Source: Candidatus Hydrogenedentota bacterium (lineage in GTDB: Bacteria > Hydrogenedentota > Hydrogenedentia > Hydrogenedentales > SLHB01). From it: a stretch of DNA of 64,000 nucleotides. Both the position numbers and the translations under genes were made by a program. The first letter of the stretch is position 1. Each line of letters begins with the position of its first letter. Location of the stretch: positions 1,537-65,536 of the forward strand of contig CAXXTH010000012.1 in the NCBI GenBank assembly GCA_963668025.2. The letters are read 5' to 3'. A model generated the notes under the pieces. That model was given only the letters and a program-made list of their open reading frames with translations, was not told the origin of the DNA and did not search any database. Positions 60,525 through 64,000 of the stretch are shown here, one piece after another.

Positions 60525-60592
60525 CCGTCATTCCCGCGCAGGCGGGAATCCAGGGCGATTTACACGAAGCCATGTTTTCATGGGAATGACGG
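60525..60592. repeat. Palindromic element with ATTCCC-N8-GGGAAT core (copy 2)
   Basis: CCGTCATTCCC (60525-60535) pairs with GGGAATGACGG (60582-60592). The core ATTCCCGCGCAGGCGGGAAT lies at 60530-60549. Confidence 0.75.
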
Positions 60593-60692
60593 TGGAGAGT
60601 ATCATACGCAAGGCGAGGAAAAGGCAACAGATGAAGTCAGAAGTAGGGACGGTATTGTGAGACACATTGGATAATGCATGGAGTAGTTTGAA

Positions 60693-61511
60693 ATGCCAGC
60701 GATAACGGATCATCCTTGTTTTCCGCAGCCTGAGGATGCTGACACCAAAATCTGGCGTTACATGGATTTACCAAAATTGCTTTGGATGCTGGAAGAGAAT
60801 GCTCTCTACTTTTGCAGAGTGGATTTACTAGAAGATACGTTTGAGGGTACAAGGACTCCGTCTACTGAGCCCTTGATTAACGAAGATAGGTGTCCTGATC
60901 TCCTGAAGCAATTTTTTCGAGAAGAAAGAAAAGCTAGACGTTCTTTGGTTTTTGTGAACTGTTGGTACTTTGGTGATCACGAATCTGTTGCTATGTGGAA
61001 GATATACGGGAAAGAGAATAAGTCAATCGCTGTGCAGTCAACTTATCGTTCCTTATTTGAACAGTTAAATCTAGTTCGATTTCTAGAAAACGAAGAATTA
61101 GTTCACGACTGTTTCTTAGGGCTTGTCTCATATATTGACTATACTAAGGAGAGTCTGGGTCGCCCTCAGAATTTGCTCTCTCCATTCATGCATAAGAGAG
61201 AGTCATTTGCCTTTGAAAAGGAAGTGCGTGCATTGGTCGATTCAGAATTCATCAAGAATCTTGGTGATTATTGTGCGAAGAAATCAGATAGGCAAAAAGA
61301 AGCGAGGCGTATTCGTGATCTGTATGCCAGGCATGTGAAAGAGTGCTCAGGAATCACTGTTCCCGTTGATCTATCTGCGCTTATCGAAAGCATTTACGTT
61401 GCACCCAAAGCAGAGCTGTGGTTTGTGGAACTCGTAGAGAAAGTAATACGGCGATATGGACTCAATGTGCCGGTGAAGCATTCGTCTTTGGATGCCGATC
61501 CACTATACTAA
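60693..61511 (+). CDS. DUF2971-family protein
   Basis: KIWRYMDLPKLLWMLEENALYFCRVDLLEDTFEG, VNCWYFGDHESVAMWKIYG, VSYIDY and FMHKRESFAFEKEVRAL match the DUF2971 pattern as I recall it. The gene is AT-rich. Confidence 0.7.
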   Translation: MPAITDHPCFPQPEDADTKIWRYMDLPKLLWMLEENALYFCRVDLLEDTFEGTRTPSTEPLINEDRCPDLLKQFFREERKARRSLVFVNCWYFGDHESVAMWKIYGKENKSIAVQSTYRSLFEQLNLVRFLENEELVHDCFLGLVSYIDYTKESLGRPQNLLSPFMHKRESFAFEKEVRALVDSEFIKNLGDYCAKKSDRQKEARRIRDLYARHVKECSGITVPVDLSALIESIYVAPKAELWFVELVEKVIRRYGLNVPVKHSSLDADPLY

Positions 61512-61540
61512 GATGTCTCTGATTAGGGATGAAAACGTCA

Positions 61541-61617
61541 CATAGTGGCTGTTGTGCTCGTTGTGGTTGAATATGGTCAAATATAAATAAACCACAACGG
61601 ACACGACGAACACGAGG
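61541..61617. repeat. Word-triplet hairpin repeat
   Basis: CATAGTGGCTGTTGTGCTCGTTGTGGTTG, an AT-rich loop, then AACCACAACGGACACGACGAACACGAGG. The basal stem is 10 bp with an imperfect extension. A related copy lies at 62715-62811. Confidence 0.7.
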
Positions 61618-61660
61618 ATCACCTAGGTAAGGTGATTCTTACGCTAGAAGGGTACGGCCC

Positions 61661-61975
61661 ATGACGCGCGAAGAGTTATTGCTTGCCGTGAAGGAGGCCG
61701 TGCAGGCGGTGTCGCCTGGCGCGTCGGTGATCCTGTTCGGCTCGCGCGCACGGGGCGACGCCCAGCCGGATTCGGATTGGGATTTTCTGGTGCTGACCGA
61801 TGAACCACTAGGCTGGAGGAAAGAAAGAGAACTCCTGCGCGGTATGTGGCGTGTGGAATGGCAATGCGGTGAAGTGCTTAATCCTATTGTCCATTCACGT
61901 GCGGAATGGCAGTCGCCCATACGTGAAGGCTCTCCATTCCTGCAGGCCGTGAACCGGGAAGGGATTCCCGTATGA
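61661..61975 (+). CDS. Minimal nucleotidyltransferase (MNT) domain protein, partner of the downstream HEPN protein
   Basis: VILFGSRARGDAQPDSDWDFLVLTDE. It overlaps the HEPN gene by 4 nt. Confidence 0.85.
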   Translation: MTREELLLAVKEAVQAVSPGASVILFGSRARGDAQPDSDWDFLVLTDEPLGWRKERELLRGMWRVEWQCGEVLNPIVHSRAEWQSPIREGSPFLQAVNREGIPV

Positions 61976-62370
61976 ACGATTCTACACAGGAGATTGTCCT
62001 GTTTCGCCTTCGAGCGGCGCGGGAAACGCTGGTAGAAGCTCGCGCCATGTTGGACGGAGGGCATCCCCGCGGATGCATTAACCGGCTCTATTATGCATGC
62101 TTTTACGCCGTGAGCGCATTGTTATTGGCAAAAGGGCTTTCCTCCTCCAAGCATACGGGGGTTCGCGCCTTTTTTAATAAAGAGTTCATCCATACCGGTG
62201 TGTTTTCTGCTTCTATTGGAGACACATACAACACGTTGTTTGTAAAACGTATGAGTAGCGATTATGAAGATTTTTTCACGCCTAATAGCCAGGAAGTATC
62301 TGAGTTGTTCTCAGAAGCCGGGCAGCTTGTAGATACGATAGACGGATATTTGCAGCGAAACACGGAGTAA
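61972..62370 (+). CDS. HEPN-domain protein (PF05168-like)
   Basis: ARAMLDGGHPRGCINRLYYACFYAVSALLLAKGL...KRMSSDYEDF matches the classic HEPN/MNT pair layout. Confidence 0.8.
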   Translation: MNDSTQEIVLFRLRAARETLVEARAMLDGGHPRGCINRLYYACFYAVSALLLAKGLSSSKHTGVRAFFNKEFIHTGVFSASIGDTYNTLFVKRMSSDYEDFFTPNSQEVSELFSEAGQLVDTIDGYLQRNTE

Positions 62371-62375
62371 TTCCA

Positions 62376-62690
62376 ATGACGCGCGAGGAGTTGTTACAAG
62401 CCGTGAAGGAAGCCGTGCAGGCGGCGGCGCCGGACGCGTCGGTGATCCTATTCGGTTCGCGCGCACGGGGCGACGCCCAGCCGGACTCGGATTGGGATTT
62501 TCTGGTATTGACCGATGAGCCGCTGAGCGAAGCATCGCAGGAAAGTGTGAACCGGCGTATATGGGAATTGGGTTGGGACGAAGGATTGACACTATCCACC
62601 CTGTTCTATACCCGTTCTCAATGGCAGGAACCTCGGCGGCGGGCCGCAGGATTCCACCGCGCCGTGGAACGCGAGGGAATCTTGTTATGA
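62376..62690 (+). CDS. Second MNT-domain nucleotidyltransferase (orphan paralog)
   Basis: MTREELLQAVKEAVQAAAPDASVILFGSRARGDAQPDSDWDFLVLTDEPL. The 5' half is nearly identical at the DNA level to 61661..61975, and the 3' half is diverged. Confidence 0.85.
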   Translation: MTREELLQAVKEAVQAAAPDASVILFGSRARGDAQPDSDWDFLVLTDEPLSEASQESVNRRIWELGWDEGLTLSTLFYTRSQWQEPRRRAAGFHRAVEREGILL

Positions 62691-62714
62691 TGGAAGGTTC
62701 AGTTGATAATCGGA

Positions 62715-62811
62715 CATAGTGGTTATTGTGCTCGTCGTGGTTGAGTCTCAACAAACCACAACGGACACAATGTTGGCGTTTTTTCGTGTATTTGGTGTAT
62801 TTCGTGGTTCG
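62715..62811. repeat. Word-triplet hairpin repeat (three arms)
   Basis: CATAGTGGTTATTGTGCTCGTCGTGGTTGAG / AAACCACAACGGACACAATG / TTTTCGTGTATTTGGTGTATTTCGTGGTTCG. Confidence 0.65.
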
Positions 62812-62849
62812 TATTTTTGAGGACAAACGCCAAACATAGGAGTGAGCCC

Positions 62850-63125
62850 ATGGGATGCTGTTTTGGATTGTTGCTGGCGGCGGGGATTCCGCGCATCGCG
62901 TTGATTCTGGTGTGGCTGTCGGGAAAGAGCGCGTCTCTCTTTGATACGCGCCTGTGGCCGTTGCTCGGGTTCTTCTTCCTGCCCTACACCACGTGCGGCT
63001 ATTGTATCGCGGAATATTACTTTAAAGGCCCCTCGGCGGGCTGGGGCCTTGCGGTGGTGATCATCGGCGTGCTACTCGATTTGGGCAGCCACGGCGGCGG
63101 CGCACGGCAAATGCAGCGGCGATGA
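62850..63125 (+). CDS. Small hypothetical membrane protein
   Basis: AGGAG RBS. The product has three predicted hydrophobic segments (MGCCFGLLLAAGIPRIALILVWL..., LWPLLGFFFLPY..., WGLAVVIIGVLLDL). Confidence 0.5.
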   Translation: MGCCFGLLLAAGIPRIALILVWLSGKSASLFDTRLWPLLGFFFLPYTTCGYCIAEYYFKGPSAGWGLAVVIIGVLLDLGSHGGGARQMQRR

Positions 63126-63130
63126 TGAAT

Positions 63131-63365
63131 GTATTTTTAACACAAAGGCACAAAGACACAAGGAGGTCTCTCACCGCTTGTAGTTTGCCCATAATTCTTT
63201 GTGCCTTAGTGTCTTTGTGTTGAGTTTTTAATGAGTACAAAATCGCGAAAGCGTTGTCGAATAGATCGTGATGTTCTAACAAAGAGAAGAAAACACATGG
63301 AATCCTTCAAGACGTTGACTAGCGTTGTGGAGCCGCTGGACCGGATGGATGTGGATACGGACCAG
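63131..63365 (+). repeat. Duplicated leuD leader plus 5' coding end (copy 1 of a ~235-bp direct repeat; copy 2 at 63767-64000)
   Basis: The same hairpin repeat is present in both copies (AACACAAAGGCACAAAGACACAAGGAGG...CTTTGTGCCTTAGTGTCTTTGTGTT), along with the same RBS region and first 23 codons. The offset is 636 bp. Confidence 0.8.
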
Positions 63366-63380
63366 TCTAGAACGGAATGA
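63297..63380 (+). pseudogene. Truncated duplicate of the leuD 5' end
   Basis: MESFKTLTSVVEPLDRMDVDTDQ|SRTE* compares with the true start MEPFKTLTGVVAPLDRMNVDTDQ at 63933. By my alignment there are 5 mismatches in the last 84 aligned nt. Confidence 0.75.
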
Positions 63381-63396
63381 TTGGAGGTGAAGAGAT

Positions 63397-63705
63397 ATGC
63401 GCGAAGTACGCTATGTTGCTAAGAATAATCGCATTCTTGTCATTTCCTTGGCATTTACATTCTGCTGGATGATTTATGCCATGTCCACCTTTTATACAGC
63501 TAAGATGGTTTGGATTTTACCCGGATTAGGCTTTATCCTAAGCGGTTTTGTTTTGTGCGGAGTAAGTGTATTGGCGGACTTGAGGCTGTTTTTTGAAAGA
63601 GAAGTAAAACTAAAAACCAGGCTGCTAGTCGGAAGCGTATGCCTTTTGGTGGTTTTATATTCTTGTTATGCTTTTCTTTCTGTGCTTAGGCAGCCAACGT
63701 TTTGA
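63397..63705 (+). CDS. Small hypothetical membrane protein (102 aa)
   Basis: GGAGG RBS. There are three hydrophobic segments. The gene is AT-richer than its flanks and sits between the two leuD-5' repeat copies. Confidence 0.5.
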   Translation: MREVRYVAKNNRILVISLAFTFCWMIYAMSTFYTAKMVWILPGLGFILSGFVLCGVSVLADLRLFFEREVKLKTRLLVGSVCLLVVLYSCYAFLSVLRQPTF

Positions 63706-63932
63706 TAAGGATTATGCGGAAATATACAACCGACAACGCCGGGAAGATAGGTTTACTTAGACGTTTATTTTTTAACACAAAGGCACAAAGACACAAGGAG
63801 GTCTCTCGCCGCTTGTGGTTTGGCCTTAATTCTTTGTGTCTTAGTATCTTTGTGTTGGAATTTTTGTAAGTAAAAATCGCAGAAACGTTATCGAATAGAT
63901 CGTAATGGCCCATAACAAGGAGAAGAAAACAC

Positions 63933-64000
63933 ATGGAACCCTTCAAGACGTTGACTGGCGTTGTGGCGCCGCTGGACCGGATGAATGTGGATACGGACCA
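63933..64000 (+). CDS. leuD: 3-isopropylmalate dehydratase small subunit (5' end; continues beyond the window)
   Basis: MEPFKTLTGVVAPLDRMNVDTDQ is the canonical LeuD N-terminus (…LD..NVDTDQIIP). Confidence 0.8.
   Translation, partial: MEPFKTLTGVVAPLDRMNVDTD

Noticed and set aside
60123-60627. ORFs 60123..60470(-) and 60220..60627(-), containing …LDSRLRGNDDE… and …PWIPACAGMT….
   Set aside because: These are translations of the palindromic ATTCCC-N8-GGGAAT and REP-like repeats, a well-known source of spurious hypothetical proteins. They are not genes.
63131-63866. A repeated ~100-bp hairpin-containing unit that could suggest a CRISPR-like or tandem array.
   Set aside because: There are only two copies, spaced 636 bp apart. 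Each is part of a larger duplication that includes the leuD start. There is no regular repeat-spacer periodicity and no cas genes.

Overview
64-kb chromosomal window from a GC-rich Gram-negative-type bacterium (AsmA-family protein, lipobox lipoprotein). I cannot determine the taxon. The intergenic hairpin-repeat families resemble those I associate with uncultured or PVC-like lineages, but that is a low-confidence impression.

Conserved backbone: queC; two xylose-isomerase-like TIM-barrel genes; an asmA-like gene; the ffh-rpsP-KH-rimM-trmD-rplS-rnhB cluster; a TPR lipoprotein; a roughly 20-kb glycan-processing block (two jelly-roll glycoside-hydrolase-like proteins, malectin-domain and other very large secreted proteins, a heterodimeric ABC exporter, two amidohydrolases); tag; leuC; and the first codons of leuD.

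Accessory content:
- A frameshifted IS200-like element.
- An IS66-family element with perfect 8-bp target duplications that splits a DUF4139 gene.
- Transposase relics.
- An AT-rich island carrying a solitary 531-aa Abi/UG-like reverse transcriptase with about 580 nt of non-coding DNA upstream.
- An AT-rich three-gene cassette (hypothetical wHTH-like protein, ParA-like ATPase, single-domain RelA/SpoT synthetase) whose last stop codon overlaps the queC start.
- Three MNT/HEPN-type toxin-antitoxin pairs plus an orphan nucleotidyltransferase.
- A roughly 3.7-kb insertion hotspot that separates leuC from leuD and carries duplicated copies of the leuC 3' end and the leuD 5' end.

The first 11 kb is unusually rich in frame-disrupted genes (PMT-like glycosyltransferase, methyltransferase, DinB, rsgA, a large hydrolase-like gene). 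Several dispersed intergenic repeat families are present. I saw no rRNA, tRNA or CRISPR array. All calls rest on reading the six-frame translations and the raw sequence by eye. Family names come from motif recognition, not database searches, and boundaries of repeats and pseudogenes are approximate.
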